A DNA stretch of 64,000 nucleotides from the human T2T-CHM13v2.0 reference genome, Homo sapiens, in assembly GCF_009914755.1 (NCBI RefSeq), contig NC_060942.1. One strand, 5' to 3'. The notes below the pieces were generated by a model. That model worked only from the letters and a program-made list of their open reading frames with translations, was not told where the DNA came from and did not search any database. Within the stretch, counting starts at the first letter, position 1. Every line of letters starts with the position of its first letter. The translations under genes and the position numbers were made by a program. Shown one piece after another: positions 15,505 to 31,171 of the stretch.

Positions 15505-15764
15505 TCACTAACTCAATATCCATTCTCCTGGGTGTATCTACCTTGGAAGTATTTCTAATCCCAGGACATTTATCATGGTTCAAATCTCCAATACTTGCAA
15601 TAACCTCTTCATTGTGCTCCAGTTTCTAATTATCTCTAATAAATCTATCCAATGCACTAGAGCTATCAGAATCATCCTAAAATACAGTCCTATTTATATT
15701 ACCTTCCCACACTAAAGCCTTTACTGGCTCCTCTTGGACTTACTAAAACCTAAGCCACATAAAG

Positions 15765-15970
15765 AGAATAATTAAAACTCAGGCTCAATCACACTAAGCT
15801 GGGTTTTTATCCTAACAATGCCACCTGTTAAACATGTGACTGGACTGGATTTCCTCCTCTGTAAAACTGGTGTAATAGTGTTACTTATCCCTTGGTGGTT
15901 GTGATGATTACACTGGAAAAACAAATATGAGACTTTAGGGTACACATAGCATATTAAGCTATCATTATTT
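15765..15970 (+). mobile_element. MIR
   Basis: tttcctcctctgtaaaactggtgtaatagt...ggttgtgatgatta...cacatag matches the MIR core and tail. Confidence 0.7.
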
Positions 15971-16299
15971 TATATATATATTCTTTAGCAGAATATTGAG
16001 GGTAATTTGTCTCCAAGCTCTCAATTGATGTTTTCACCAAACTGACCCCCACATAGGTTCTCAGCAATCATTTCACTTTCCTGTTTCCATTTTTCTCTTG
16101 TTATTCCATTTTTAGAATTTAAACTCTAGATGTCTACTTACCTAATTCTACTTGTTATTTTAAATCCAGATTGATTGCCATTATCTTCAAGAACACAACT
16201 TCTCTTTTCATCACCCTCAGACAGGATAAAAATGATATCCATAATGAGAACTAATAATAATTGAACAACTACAACCTGCCACACTATGTCTGAAGAGCT

Positions 16300-16890
16300 T
16301 TATATATATTGCAACATAGCCTCCTTCCCCTGGATCCTCTCTGCATTGTGATAGCTCAAACTCCTCTTATGCACTATGGGCAGAATCACAGTATAAATCA
16401 CTGTTCTGATTATGTCATCTCCCTGCCCAAAAATCTTCTCCTGGATTCTAATTACACCCAAAAGGATAATTCTGGAATTGCCCAGGTGCTAATTTGATCC
16501 ACTGCTCCTCACTGCTCCGATCTTCTTTTCACCCCTTGGACACAGTGCTTGTCGCAGTTGGAGCCATGCACCTTCCTGCACATCCTCCTTGCTTTCCTGT
16601 TGCTATGCCTCTGCTCTTGCCACTTCTCCTACCTAGACACCCTCCCTATTTCTTCACTCTCTCTGTCATTAGGGCTATGTCAAGTCCTACCACCCTCCTG
16701 AAGCTGTCTTTAATAGCTCTAATCCCAAATGATGTCATGAAATATGCAAGCACTGCTGGCATCACTTATTTGGAACCTAACAATGCAGGGAGTTTTCGAT
16801 GTGTTCTTTGTATTTGTTGCTTGCTTCTACAAATAACTCAAAAGCTTCTCAAGGACAAGGAACATGTTTTATGCTTCCTTGTATAATGAG
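16300..16890 (+). mobile_element. L2 fragments
   Basis: tctgattatgtcatctccctgcccaaaaatcttc; aagcttctcaaggacaagg resemble the L2 3' region; further L2-like sequence at ~15480-15740. Confidence 0.55.
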
Positions 16891-17389
16891 GAAACTATTT
16901 TAAGTATGACAAAATGACACATCATCATTTCATCCTTAGGTTGCCTTTCCTGGCTGCCTTCTCTCTCCTTGGCTAAGCAAAGAGGCAGAAGATTATACGA
17001 AAAGAGAACACAGACCTTGACCAGAAGAATGAGACCCAGATCAGCTTTCAACCTCAAAGAGGACTGCCTTGAATTCTGCAGCCAATAATAGTCTTGAAAG
17101 CCCAGCTTTGATGAGATGAAACTACCCATAAGTCTCAAGTTCTTTAGCTCCCCTTTTACATATCAAGAGGCAGGTTTTGCTAACTTAATCACAGACTTTA
17201 AGAAGGAAAAATTTCAACCAGAGTTGGGAAGGAGATGGAAAGCCTACACCTTGAGATCCTTGGTGGTTGGGAATGACAAACTGATCAAGAAGGAGCAGGA
17301 TTGGGACACCAAGATCCTGCCCTCCCCTCTCCAGCTCACATCTTAGAGGGAAAGCTAAAGGTGTGGTGCAGTTACTATGGCTTTTTAAC

Positions 17390-17872
17390 ATAATGTGTGC
17401 GTTAGAGGAACTTGACTCTGTAGCCTGGGCAGGCTCTGCTGCACACCGTCACCCAGGACTACTGTAAACGAGAGTTGAAATCATCAGAAGGCTCCCTCAC
17501 TCACTCATTCACAGGCTTGGCACCCAGGCTGGGAAGACACTGGCATCTCTGCCATCTGGGGATGGGGCAGGGGAGACTCCTCAGGAATGTCTCTAACTCT
17601 CTGTGACCTCTTCCCTTTGTCCCTCGAGCAGATAAATCAAGGTAGCTGGACTTCTCACATGGTGGCTCACTACTTAGAGACCAAATGAGAGACAGGGACT
17701 ATATGGAAACAGTTTCCTCTTGGCCTGGCTAGCCTGAAGATTAATGCATGGCTTCACCAACTCATTAGAAACAAGTCATTGGAGATAGGTCATATTCAGT
17801 GGGAGGAAGTGTAACAGCATGGTTTGTGAAGGAGTGTCAGAGAATCTGCAGATCTCCCTTAAAACCACCACG
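17390..17872 (-). mobile_element. old MaLR LTR (MLT1 family)
   Basis: ggtagctggacttctcacatggtggctc and terminal ttaaaaccaccac are typical of antisense MLT1G/H/I-type LTRs. Confidence 0.7.
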
Positions 17873-19684
17873 ACATGTTATGTAGTTTGAATGAAAATGT
17901 GAAAATAGAGAAACACCCTTGGACCACTGCCCATGTGGAAACCTTGCAGAAGACACCATCCCAGGTGTCCGATGCGGATGAAGATGAAGCAGCATCTGTA
18001 TAAAAATGACAGGGCAGCCTGGCTGGGCAGAGAAAAAGCGCTACTGAACCCTATGCAGTTCCACGTAGGACACAAAGGATTCTGAAGTTTCCACAGCCTT
18101 GCATTGATACAGCAAGTAGCCCAAGAGAGAGAATTGACTCAATGTGTATGTCCAAAATTGCAATAAATATCAGGGAGGATTTTTATGTGTGGATAATTTT
18201 GTATAAGTTTTGAAACCAAAATGGATATAACAGAGTGTAGATTGTTATGATGGGGAGAAAGGAGGAAGAGAGGGAAATATGGAGCATCTCTTAGGTCGGT
18301 CTGATGGGAAGAATGGTAATTATGTAAAGAAGGAGGCTTGAGAAAGTGAGGACACTCCCCTCTCCAAAACAGATCTATGAAAAGAGGACAAGTGAGCAGA
18401 GGGAATGTCACCAAATGTATGAGACCCAAGGACAAACAGCTAGAAAGTTAGTGTTTATGATCAGAAAGAAAAAAAGAGAGAGAGAGAACAGGATGCCCTG
18501 GTGTGGGAACTTGTACACTAATAGAGGTTTGAGCGAAAATCCAAGAGTTGGGGCTAGACTATCTGACCAGTGTCCTATAAATTATTATTTGTGAGATCAA
18601 TGCTATGATAAGGAGCCTAATGACAGGAAGAACTGGAGAGTTGAAGGAAAGTGGAAATTATTCTCCAAAATACTGTTTCTATTGCTTGGGTTCTAGGTAG
18701 AAGCCATATAGACTATTTTTTTTAAATGTACAGATGTAATAGGAAGAACAGCAGACATGCTAAATTGCAAATGTCAACGCCTTTATATATGCGAATAATG
18801 TGATTTTCTATCTTACAGAATCCTCAAGTTTAACTCCTTTTACATATTTTCAGGTAAAATTATATAATAAATAATATAATAAACATCAAGCTGCCTTATA
18901 GATTTACATGGTGTCATCTAAGGGGTTGTCTCCTGATAATAGTTTTATTAACTTCTTATTGGTCAATAGCCTCTCTCCAACCAGCAGTTAAAGTCTTTGA
19001 GAGTAGGGGATTTTGACTTGTTTGTATTCCCCACGATGACCAGAAGACTGTCTTACAAATATACATAATAATATTCTGTTGATTTTCTTTAAAGTAGTAG
19101 CATCAGGCAGAATTTAGTACCTGTCAGTTTTTGGAAAAATTGAAAGAATGTCTGTGCATAATGAAGGTCACCCCCCAGTACACATTCAGGGCAGGGAAAG
19201 AAGAGAGGGTCGAACTCTGCAAATGTTTAATTTGTGTCAGGATCGGGTAGCCTCTATCAATGTAATTTAATGCAAAATCAGATTGGTGTCTGAACACTGA
19301 ATAATTCATAGATAGCTTACATAAATATGTTTCTATTTGTGCTACCTCATGCACATTTAGGCTAACTTGAGTTTTGGCCCTTAACCCTGAAAAAGACCCC
19401 CCTCAAATTAAGCATAAATGTGTTATTTTAAAATAGACTTGTTATTCCTTAGGAAAAGATTTGTCATGTCATCTTGCAATCACACATTTAGCTAGTTTGC
19501 ATAACATCTATGGTTAAATGTGGTCAACGATATCACTGCTTTATAGTCATCTTACATAAGTTTCACATAAAAAATTAGAGTCAATTCATTGTTGACATGG
19601 GAAGAAAAAAGTGATGTTTATTACAAAAAGTTAGCCTCGCAATGTTTAAAAATATTTCCTGTCTACATTCTCCCCATTTTAATG

Positions 19685-20140
19685 TCTTAATTGAGAAATA
19701 ATTCATATACCATAAAATACACCCATTTAACAACATACAATTCCATGTTCTTTAGTGTACTCAGCATTGCTCAACCTTCATCACAGTCGGAGTCTGAAAC
19801 ATTTTCATTACTCCAAAATGAAACCCTGTACCTAGTGGCTGTCTCTCCCCATTTTTCCTAACCCCCAGCCCTACACAGCCTTGTAGCTCCTCCACCCAGT
19901 CTCCAGAGACTGCCTATCTTGGACATTTCGGATCACTGGACTCATACCCTATACAGTCTCTCTTTTGTTTTGCATCCTGTTCTCAGCATAATGTTTTCAC
20001 AGTTCACCTAAATTGTAGGATGAATCCATTTTTCATTTAATTTATTGCAGAAAAAAATATACCATTGTATGGATATACCACATTTTTTTTATTCATTCAT
20101 CAGTTGTTGGATTTGGAAAGATTCCACTTTTTGGCTACAT
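19685..20140 (-). mobile_element. L1MB-like 3' end
   Basis: aattgagaaataattcatataccataaaatacacccattta...ccattgtatggatataccaca...ttccactttttggcta. Confidence 0.85.
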
Positions 20141-21374
20141 CTTGCAGCATTTTAAAGAGATGCACTGTTAAAAATGTATAAAACCCACTCTTGCTTTAAC
20201 ACTTTGGAAGTGTGAACATCTCTCTTCTCTACTCTCCAACAGGGCAGCTTTCCCAGCTTGTTGGTGGGGCAGCCATTCAAGCCCCTCTGGTGTTTACTGT
20301 CTAAGGAAGGACTTCCATTTCTTCCCTAAAACATGTTTTTTCTCCATTCACTGGCTAGATTCATTTTCCAATTCAGTCTTCATAATGCAATGGAATAAAA
20401 ATACACATATTGTAAAATTTAACACAAAGAGCACTGATGTGGAAGTTAAAAATATCTGTTTCTCTCTTCAATTTTATCATTGCCTTTTGGGGAAAACAAG
20501 TACAGTCTGAAATTTCTCTGTTCTCAGAGTTACATCATAGCAGAGTGACCACCTAATAATACTCTGCACTAAGCTTTAGGAAACTTGATGAGGAGGAACT
20601 CCTACAACACAAACTTGCACCAAACCAACCAAATGAAAAACCAAAACCAACACCAAAAGCCAAATAATAAGAACCCAATAAAACTCACTACTATGTATTT
20701 TGTTTGTTTGTTTGCTTTGCTTTTTAAATTTCTTGATTGCTAGCATTTAATTTAACTAGAGATGGAAATTTTAACACACACACACACAGACACACATCAT
20801 TTAATTCAGTTAAAGTACGTTGTTCTATGTTGTTTTTTTTCTTTTCTCCTTTTTTTTTCTTTCATCAGAGCTGGCACCCAGAGACTTTGTCCCTGAGCAA
20901 TATATAAATTGAGCTCTAATTATTTCTATTTTTGTGGACCTGGGTATCTCTGGTAGGAATGTGGTGAATACGGGGAAACAGGCAGAGTGGCTTGCAAAAA
21001 AATAAAACACACTTTAAAAAGCTGAATGGGCTAGATTTATGAAGAGCTGCTCGAGAGAGGTATATATTGTCCTTTTTACACCCAGTATGCAAAATATAGG
21101 GGAGATGGCCAGCACCTGTTATGCTGAAGTTCTGCTGCACTTAAAGGAATCAGATCTCACATGCGGATGCGAGTGTCTGATGGCCTGAGCAAGTGGCACA
21201 CAGGAAAATAAAAGAGAGGCATTCTGAAACGCGAAGAAGAGGGGCTAAGTCATGCCCCTAAAGACAGCCAGGGCTCAATTTCATGCAGTTTGGGTATTGC
21301 ACTTATTAAGACCCCATCCCATATTCACAGGTGTGAAATGAAGCCTGTGTGTAGTCATTGCGAGAGCCTGTACT

Positions 21375-21643
21375 AGCAGCCTCCAAACGCTTCGGTCATG
21401 TTCACGCCCCTATCAGAAAAGAAGGCTCAAGCAACCACTCACAAAATGCATTTACAAAGTATGAATGAAATACATCTACTACTGTAGTGATATATTTATA
21501 TATGACAGATTACACACAAAATGGAAATCGTAAAAATGATGAGGTGGAAAAAAATAGTGAGGGAAGTCCTAATACTTTCCCCAACTCCAATATATCATTC
21601 TAAACAATCTTTGGCATGAACCTCCCCACCTAGGAGACTATGG
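21375..21643 (+). mobile_element. MER112-like hAT-Charlie MITE
   Basis: degenerate TIRs (cctccaaac ... taggagactatg) and internal cacgcccctatcag...tactactgta...acacacaaaatggaaat match recalled MER112 consensus. Confidence 0.7.
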
Positions 21644-22109
21644 ACGCGGGGACTTGGAGGAATGAGGTTAATTCAACATTTATAACAGGAACTCTGCTAG
21701 GGTTTCCGATAAAAATAAATAACATAATTTCGAAAAATAAGTAAGTATCTTTAAATACTTAAATTCTCTTTGTAGAGATAAAAGATATCGACAAATCATT
21801 ATAATTTAGGGATAAGTACAACATTCAAGTTATGTACTGGATACTGACACAGTGATGATCGTGTCTGACAATCAGAAATGCTTCATGAAAAATAAGATGT
21901 CATAGAAAAAAAACAAAGTAGAGAGATATTCTCACTGGTGAAGCAAGCCCCGGCAAGAATGAGTATTAAGCATAGAAATATCTCACCTCTTGGTATGATT
22001 CTCTGTGCTCCCAAACATAGTACTGTACAGTTAAGTGTGCATAGATAGATATGAGTTAGAAAGACCATGATTATTATAAGTAAATTAAAAACAATCTCAG
22101 AACTTGGAT

Positions 22110-22930
22110 TGATTGATTCATGTATTCATTTTTACAGACACTCATTGCTTTTTATCTCTACTTATTCATTCAGTCAAAAATATTTTGCCAATACTGATTA
22201 TGTTGCAGGCATTTCTCCAGACCTAGAAAACAAGAGGGGAATACGGTCTCATAACCCCTGTCCTCATGGGACTTATATTTTATGGGAAAAGACATCATGA
22301 ATAGAAAGATGGATACACATATTATATAGCAGGTACTGATAAATTCTGTGAATAAATGTAAATATAAGAAATTTGACAGTGACAAAGGTGTGATTTTTAG
22401 CTAGGGTGTAGAGAGAAGGGTTCCCTGAAGATATTTTAGCATTTGGCTACAGAAAATAAGGGAGCAGGACCCGTGAAAATTTGTTCATAAAACAAATTAC
22501 AGTACAGTTTTGGGCAACTTAAGTTTGAGGTGCCCTTTAGCTACCCACGTGGCAATGTCCAGTGTGCTGTCAGATATACAATGCTGGGGTTTAGGAGAGA
22601 GGCTAGACCTGGAAAGCGCTGTGGACTTCATTGCTGATGGTCCGGTCTCTATAGCCAGGGACAAGTTGTGTTAACCTGGGGAGAGGAGTAGAGATGGACT
22701 CTAAGCCCTGGGGTTCTGCCGCACCCACAGGTCGGAAGAGGAAATACACTGGGGAGAGACACTGAGGAGGTGCAGCCATTGAGCAAGGAAAAATGCCAGG
22801 CCAGTGTCATGTCACAAAAAAATAAATAAATAAAAGAAAAGAAAGAAGTAACAATCTCAGGAAAGAGAAATAGCAACCCTGCCAAGTGCTGCTGAGAAAT
22901 AGAAAACAATGAAATATAAGAACTGACTTT
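22110..22930 (-). mobile_element. L2 (3' end and ORF2 part)
   Basis: ttcattcagtcaaaaatattt...tgttgcaggca...ccctgtcctcatgggacttata; aagtttgaggtgcc...gatatacaatgctggggtttaggagagagg. Confidence 0.8.
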
Positions 22931-23203
22931 TACTGATCATGAAAAGATCTGGAAATTTAGTTCTCATATAATAATCTCAGAGGCAGTTCTTTTCAATATA
23001 TGATAGATTAGAACAAAAAAGTTACAAAAGTTGTTAGTGATTGGGATGATGAGAAAGCCTAGGCTGGTGGGTCCCAATGTACCAAGGGCTTAAAATTCGA
23101 CTTAATTTACCCACGTATTAATATAGAATCGCACATCACCAAGAAATTAAAAACTAAGTCACATACAATCATGACTTTTATTTGTATTGCACTTTCCCTC
23201 TGA

Positions 23204-23472
<269 letters not shown>

Positions 23473-25408
23473 ATTTTCTCTGAACTTCTGCATAGATCAC
23501 CCATAGAGGCTCCTCTGGTCTAGGCTGCAGGAGGATGGGTAAAGATAGAGGTTCCAAAGGTTTTAGCAAAAAGACTCTGGGCACGGTCTCTGAAATGACG
23601 ATTAGAACAAGGTATCAGGGAAGAAAGAGATGCTGTAGCGTGGGTAACAGAAAGCACCGCCTTTACCCTTTTCTTCCATTTTCACTCTTATTCTTCCTTC
23701 TATTGACTGCCCTTTACTATCCCTGTTGTGCATTAGGAAACCCAGCCCATAGGGTGAGGAAAATGGTTTTGGTTTTAAACAAGTTCGTCAGATGAAATTT
23801 GTTGGCAATAATAGGGATTTGTTTTCCTCCCTCTCTCCATTTTTCTCCTCACAGCCTTGTGCAATTGTGTGAGGTGGGAGGTGGGGAAATGGGGTCAGCA
23901 TAGGGTTATCTTAGAAGGGTGGGGAAGGAACACAGAAAATTACCAAAATAAAGTGACTGCTTTCTTTTCTCTATAAGTTTCTCAAGTCTGCATTAAATTA
24001 TGGCTGAGCATTGGCTCTTTACAAGTTTCTGGAAAATGACGATGAGTTTTGGTGAACATATAGCAGTTTAATCATGTAATCATGCGTAGCACTGATTTAG
24101 TTTTAAATTCTTGGGAAACCTCAGTCAAGTACACGAAGGCTTAATTTCACTCAGAATCAAACATAAAGGTGACATTTCAAATAACCCTCTCCTATCTATC
24201 TCACCATCTTTTTCCTTCTACCCTAACAGTATGACACAATATGCAAAGTGCCACACAAACACACTGCAATTAACTGTGAAAAATGAAAATAATTCTGTTT
24301 TTCTACCTGAAGCCCAGCTTTCCCAGGGAGACAGGCTGCAGTTGCTTAGAGAGCACAGCACTGTTTTGATTCTGGAGTCCAGTTCACATGCTCCACCTAA
24401 AGTTCAAGGATTGTGTATTTTTTCAACACTGGATAAACTTTAAGGGGGAACCCGAGGAACAGCAATTACTTTGGAATTGATTCTGCCATTTAAGTGGCTT
24501 CTCACTTTGAGGAAACAATTAAAGTTTTCTCTTCTGGCCCTCAGATCCTGGGATAATTGGATATCAAAATTCCTCGGAATGAACTTAAGAGACGAAGCTG
24601 AAAGAGACACGACAATCTGTCTCATACAAGCATCTTGTCTTTGTCACTCCACAGTGCTCCTGCAGGGGGCTCCAAATCACAAGATACCATGTGAGTGTCA
24701 GAGGCCTACTGCCTTTGATAGCTGCACACACTTTTTTTTTTTTTTTTTTGCTTTTTTTTTGCAATTTAATACAATGTTTCCTAAGGCAATATAGGCTTGC
24801 TGTTTGCAAATCCATAAGCACCCATACCATGCTGAAGGCATGCAAAGCAAATTGGGAAGCAAAGAAGAATATGTCCCACTTTAAGGGATGCACAAACAGC
24901 AGTAGTTTGACAGATACTGTTGAGCACAAAGGCCAGCTGGAGTCAGAAGTTATGGGATGTTAGATCCATACCTTATGATTTTGAACATATCTGACAATAG
25001 AATCCATTCTTTGTTGCTGTTTCTTTCTAGAATTCATGGATAACTTATATCTAAAGCCAGAAAACATTCACAGTAAGAAATAAGTTAGTGCATGCATTAT
25101 CTAAACAGAGATTGGTGTTACAAATATACGCATAGATAGGAAGTATCTATCCACAGGAATATTTCTTTAGCAAATGAAATTATGACATTTGAATGACTGA
25201 ATACAATGGAATTAGTTAATCTCAATCTTCTAAGATTTGGGTTAGATCCTAGTAGAATACAGTTACTTTGGTTAGCTATTTACCTAAGGCTTAGAGTAAA
25301 AGGACAATAATGAAAATTTTATTATTATTTCCATCACAACGTTCTACTTAATGTCATCCACTGAGTATCTCTTTATGCCAGTGCTTGTTCTATAGCACTC
25401 TGTTTCTT

Positions 25409-25693
<285 letters not shown>

Positions 25694-27105
25694 TGATTCT
25701 TCCTCCGTGATATGCCACATTGTCTGGCATGTCCAGATAGACTAAACTAGGTTTCTAGAAATACATAGTCAAAGCAAACATACTGTAAAATGTAGATGCA
25801 TAATTATTACTAAAATATTCTGATGAATTAAAGTGGGGTTATTTCACTTCTAATCCTTCTTCGGCTCTTTCTCTGTCTGTGTAGGCAATATTCAAGAAGG
25901 ATCCATCTACCTTAAGAATATAGTCTCAGATTCCCTCACTAGAGGAAAACAAAGAATTTGAAGAAATCAAGGATGCTCTTATGCCACAATCAAAATAAAC
26001 TAATCTAAAATTGGTTAAGGAAACAGCCTAAAGAATGAAAAAGATGCATCTCTCAGCTGGAAAGATGATCAGGGATTTCTAGACTTACTAACACCATATG
26101 AAAGAAATAAATTGGCATCGTGTCCTTTCCAAAGTGAGAGCACCAAAGAAAGTTTTTGATTTCATAGCATTATACATGAAAAACTGGACAGGGCTCTGGC
26201 CTTTGTTATAGTCCCAGTGACTCCCCACATTGCTAATTCCTGAGCAAGATTTCAACCTCATATCCATGACCTATCAGCAATATGTAGCAAAGATGCTTTC
26301 TCCTTTCTCCTTGCTATACTTTCTTGATTTGGTTCTAGGACACTCTCTTCTTCTGGTTTTCCTTCTCCTTCACTGATTTTCCTTCTTAGGTACCCTTTTG
26401 TGGATTCTACTCCTTTGCCCCAATCTTTTAAAACCGAGGGTCAAGGATTCAGTTTTGGGTTCTTTCCTCTACCTTACCCACTCCCTTGGTGAGCCAATCT
26501 TCCCATGGACTTATATCATCAATATGTCTGGATTTTCTTTATATACATCTTAAGCCTCAGCCCTTCTCCTAAAATCCAGGCTCATATATCCACTGAAAAC
26601 ATGATATATCACCTTCGATGTCTAATAGATATTCCAAGTACAATATATGCACACGCAGCCCCTGCATGTTTCAATAAATCTGCTCTACATCGGCTTTCTC
26701 AACTTTGTTAATGTCAAATTCTTGCTTTCATTTGCTCAAGCCAAAGTCCTTGGAGGTTTCTTTTACTACCCTCACTCTCTTATATTTTGTATCCAACGAA
26801 ACTGTTAGAAAATCCTGACAACATTGTTGCTCTACCTATTAAAAAGTAGAAATTCCTTTTGGCTCTGTCTTTGAAATATATCCGGAGTCCAATAATTTGT
26901 TGTTACACTCACAAGTATCATGCTGTTTCAAGCCAGTATTATCTCCTGCTTAGATTACTGCAAAAGCCTTCTAGAAGCTCTGTTCCTCTGCTTTCTTTTG
27001 TCTATTCTTAAAATAATAGTCAAAACAATCCTTTCAAATATTGCATTATGTCACATCACTGCCTCCGACTCTATTCAAAAGTCAAACTCTTTACAGGGAG
27101 CTATT

Positions 27106-27448
27106 TTGTTGAGCTGTGTCCCCACCCAAATCTCATCTTGAATTCCCACATGTTGTGGGAGGGACCCAGTGAGAGGTAATTGAATCATGGTGGCAAAGTC
27201 TTTCTGGTGCTTTTCTCATGGTAGTGAATAAGTCTCATGAGATCTGGTGGTTTTAAAAACAGGAGCTCCCTTGCACAATCTCTATCTCGTTTCCTGCTGC
27301 CATCCATGTAAGACATGACTTGCTCCTCCTTGTCTTCCACCATGAGACTTTCCCAGCCATGTAGAACTGTAAGTCCAATTAAACCTCTCTTGTAAATTAT
27401 CCAGTCTCAGGTATGTCTTTACCAGCAGTGTGAAAAGGGACTAATACA
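27106..27448 (+). mobile_element. THE1 (MaLR) solo LTR
   Basis: gctgtgtccccacccaaatctcatcttgaatt...gtgaataagtctcatgagatctg...ggactaataca; flanked by ctatt on both sides (27101-27105, 27449-27453). Confidence 0.93.
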
Positions 27449-27560
27449 CTATTAGAATGCCCATAACCTGGCTCTGGCCTTGCTGGCTACTCCAGTCCTT
27501 GCCCATTTCTCCTACTCTACAGTACTCTTGCAAGCCGTGGAGCACTACAGGAAAATTCCC

Positions 27561-27780
27561 ACCCTAGGGCTTCAGCATCCTCTGTTTCTCTGAATGAACC
27601 CTAGGGCTTCAGCATCCTCTGTTTCTCTGAATGAACCTAGGGCTTCAGCATCCTCTGTTTCTCTGAATGAACCTAGGGCTTCAGCATCCTCTGTTTCTCT
27701 GAATGAACCCTAGGGCTTCAGCATCCTCTGTTTCTCTGAATGAACCTGGGGCTTCAGCATCCTCTGTTTCTCTGAATGAA
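27561..27780. repeat. minisatellite, 6 x 36/37 bp
   Basis: acc(c)tagggcttcagcatcctctgtttctctgaatga; unit lengths 37,37,36,36,37,36. Confidence 0.97.
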
Positions 27781-28471
27781 ATGCTCACTCCTCCGGTGTC
27801 CAGTTGGTCAATTCCTTCCAGTTTCTACAACTTCATAAGGCCTACTTTCCCCACGATTTTGAAAATTGCAACCCTCTCCCCAAATCCTCTTTACTCTACA
27901 TTTGATTTTTTTCAAAGCATTGATCAGCCTTTGAATTACTCTGTGATTTACTCAATAATTATAATTATTACTATGATGACTAAGAATGTAAGATCCTCAC
28001 GGGATGGCATCTCCATTTTGTTTTGGAATATGCACCCCCCCAATACCTGGAAGAGTATGAATTACATAGTGTGAAATGCAAAAGAACTACTAAACTGTCA
28101 AGTATGCTGTGAATCAAATACCAAAATTTTAGAAAATTAAAATGGCATAAGGAGGAAATTCAAAGGAATGTCAAGCCAAGTATTTATATGAGAGTCCTCT
28201 CAATGAGGAGAGAGCCCTTTCTCCCTCCTTTTTTATCTCCCCTGATTAATACTCACTTCCAAAGGACTATGTTAACATGGGTCTAAAAACCATAGCACAG
28301 ACAGAATAAGCAGAACAACTCAAAACTACCATGAAGCATCCATAATTCTGGGCTTATTTTATTTGTTTCTCTCAGCCTCCTACTTTTAGAGAGAGAAACT
28401 TCAGTCGTCCTTTCTCAAAAACACTTTAGTTCCAGAGTAAAAATAAACAAATAAAAACTATTTCATAATAT

Positions 28472-29010
28472 TGTGATGGCTAACTTTGAGTGTCAACTTG
28501 ATTGGATTGGGGGATGCAAAGTATTGTTCCTGGGTATGTCTGTGAGGGTGTTGCCAAAGGAGATTGACATTTGAGTCAGTGAACTGGGAGACTCAGACCC
28601 AGCCTCAATCTGGGTGTGCACCATCTAATCAGCTGCCAGTGCAGCTAGGATAAAAACAGGGAGATGAATGTGGAAGGCTAGAGTACCTGCATCTTCTGGC
28701 CTCCATCTTTCTCCAGTGCTGGATGCCTCCTGCCCTCCAACATCGGAGTCCAAATTCTTCAGCTTTTAGACTTACACCAGCGGTTTGCCAGGGGCTCTTG
28801 GGCCTTCAGCCACAAACTGAAGGCTGCACTGTTGGCTTCCCTACTTTCAAGGTTTTCGGGCTTGGACTGGCTTCCTGGCTCTTCAGCTTGCAGGTGGCCT
28901 ATTGTGGGGCTTTACCTTGTGATCATGTGAGTCAATTTTCCAATAAACTCCCCTTCATATATACATCTATCCTATTAGTTGTGTCCATCTAGAAAATCTT
29001 GACAAATACA
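28472..29010 (+). mobile_element. MLT2A (ERVL) solo LTR
   Basis: tgtgatggctaac...gtgtcaacttgattggattg...aataaactcccc...aataca; perfect 5-bp TSD aatat (28467-28471, 29011-29015). Confidence 0.93.
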
Positions 29011-29431
29011 AATATCAAGAGCGATTTGACTTCATTATATTTTTCCTTGTTCTCATTATGTTGGCCTCATTTTTCTAACTCAAAAGAGTAAAAAGATGAA
29101 AACACAACTAATTTTTTCTTCTCTTTGTTTCCTATGGTTTCATGTCACTATCAAGAGATTTCCTTTTCAATCCTTGACTTTTATGTGGCAGAAATATTTG
29201 AATTATTTTTCAGAATTTCTAAATTGCCTTGTATATTGTTGTTTTGATTCTCTCCACCTATTGATGATGAGCTATGCCTTGTTTTAAAGGAAAAGTAGAT
29301 GCTACTTACATAAAGAATATATTGCTGCTGACCTTTGACTTTCAAAAGATGTGTTTAAAAATTTATAATAGTGGGGATAGCCATTCAAAGCCTGTACTTC
29401 TATTGGGATGGGTAGAGAGAATTGTATACAG

Positions 29432-29494
29432 AAGAGAGAGAGAGACAGACAGACAGACAGAACTGTACACAGAGAGAGAGAGACAGACAGAGAG
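29432..29494. repeat. (GA)n/(GACA)n simple repeat
   Basis: read directly. Confidence 0.85.
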
Positions 29495-29771
29495 CATCTA
29501 AAGCTATAATTTTAATAACATAAGTTATTGTTTAGGATAATCCAGTGTATAATCTAACCCTAACATCCTGCCTGCTATTGTTTGAATGTGGAATGTGTCC
29601 CCCAAAATTTCATGTGTTGCGAAGCTTAATTACTAATGCAACAGTATTAAGAGGTGGGGTTTTCAAGAGGTGATTAGGCCATGACGGCTCTTTCCTCATG
29701 GATGAAATAATGTCATTATCATGGGAGTGAGTTTTCTCCAGAGTGGAGTCATGATTTAAATGAGTTCAGCG

Positions 29772-30399
<628 letters not shown>

Positions 30400-31171
30400 T
30401 CAGTCTCATGTGCAGCTTCCTCACCATGTGATGTTTTCTGCCGTGTTAAGGATGCATTTCTGCATCCTCAATATTTGACTTCTCAGCTTCCAGAACTGTA
30501 AGCCAAATAAACTTCCTTTCTTGATTAGTTACCAAGTCTGTGTTATTCTATTATAGTAGTAGAAAGTGGACTAAGATACCACCTCACAGGAAGAAACCAA
30601 AAAAGCCCTTCTAGAATTAAGGAGAAGAACCCAAGGACTGTGAGATGAAAAGAGCCAGGCCATTGACAGAAGTGTGTCCTTATTTCACTCTCATTGCCTT
30701 TGGTGGGCATTAGGTGTAGACACTGGAAGGAATAAGTATCATCCACCTGGAGCCTTACTCTATACTCTGTTCCACATTAAGTGACAAAGGGTGGCTTACA
30801 ATCCTAAAACCATAGCTTAGCATCTGTGCATTGAAGTTAAGATAAGACTCCTAGCTTCCTCCACCAAATGCTTCACTGTCTCTAGGACCCTGTATAATCT
30901 GTTAATGATCATGACTCCAATTGGGCATCAGGATGAGAAGGAATTAATGTCACCGTGTGCCTCTCATGGGGTTCACCCAGGTGAAACACTAGGATTTCCA
31001 TAGCTGAGGCTGTGGAGCAGCGCCCAAAGCACTCAAGGATGGATAGAGGAGGAGGTAACTGAGTCTCAGTGGATGCTGATCATGAATTCCATGTCTGAAT
31101 GTGAGCTACTCCTGCTTAACAGTCCCAAGAGATCACAAATTGAAGTACCTGGAGAGATTCAAATAAGATGC

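Larger units (their letters stand above)
26215..28075 (+). mobile_element. L2 fragment interrupted by a THE1 LTR and carrying a minisatellite
   Basis: ccacattgctaa...aacctcata; tgctcaagccaaagtccttgga; atctcctgcttagattactgcaaaagccttcta; L2 3' end gaatgtaagatcctcacggg. Confidence 0.75.

Noticed and set aside
27561-27780. 36/37-bp direct repeats of CRISPR-like length
   Set aside because: No spacers (head-to-tail array), eukaryotic context and no cas genes; the same applies to the 45-bp array.
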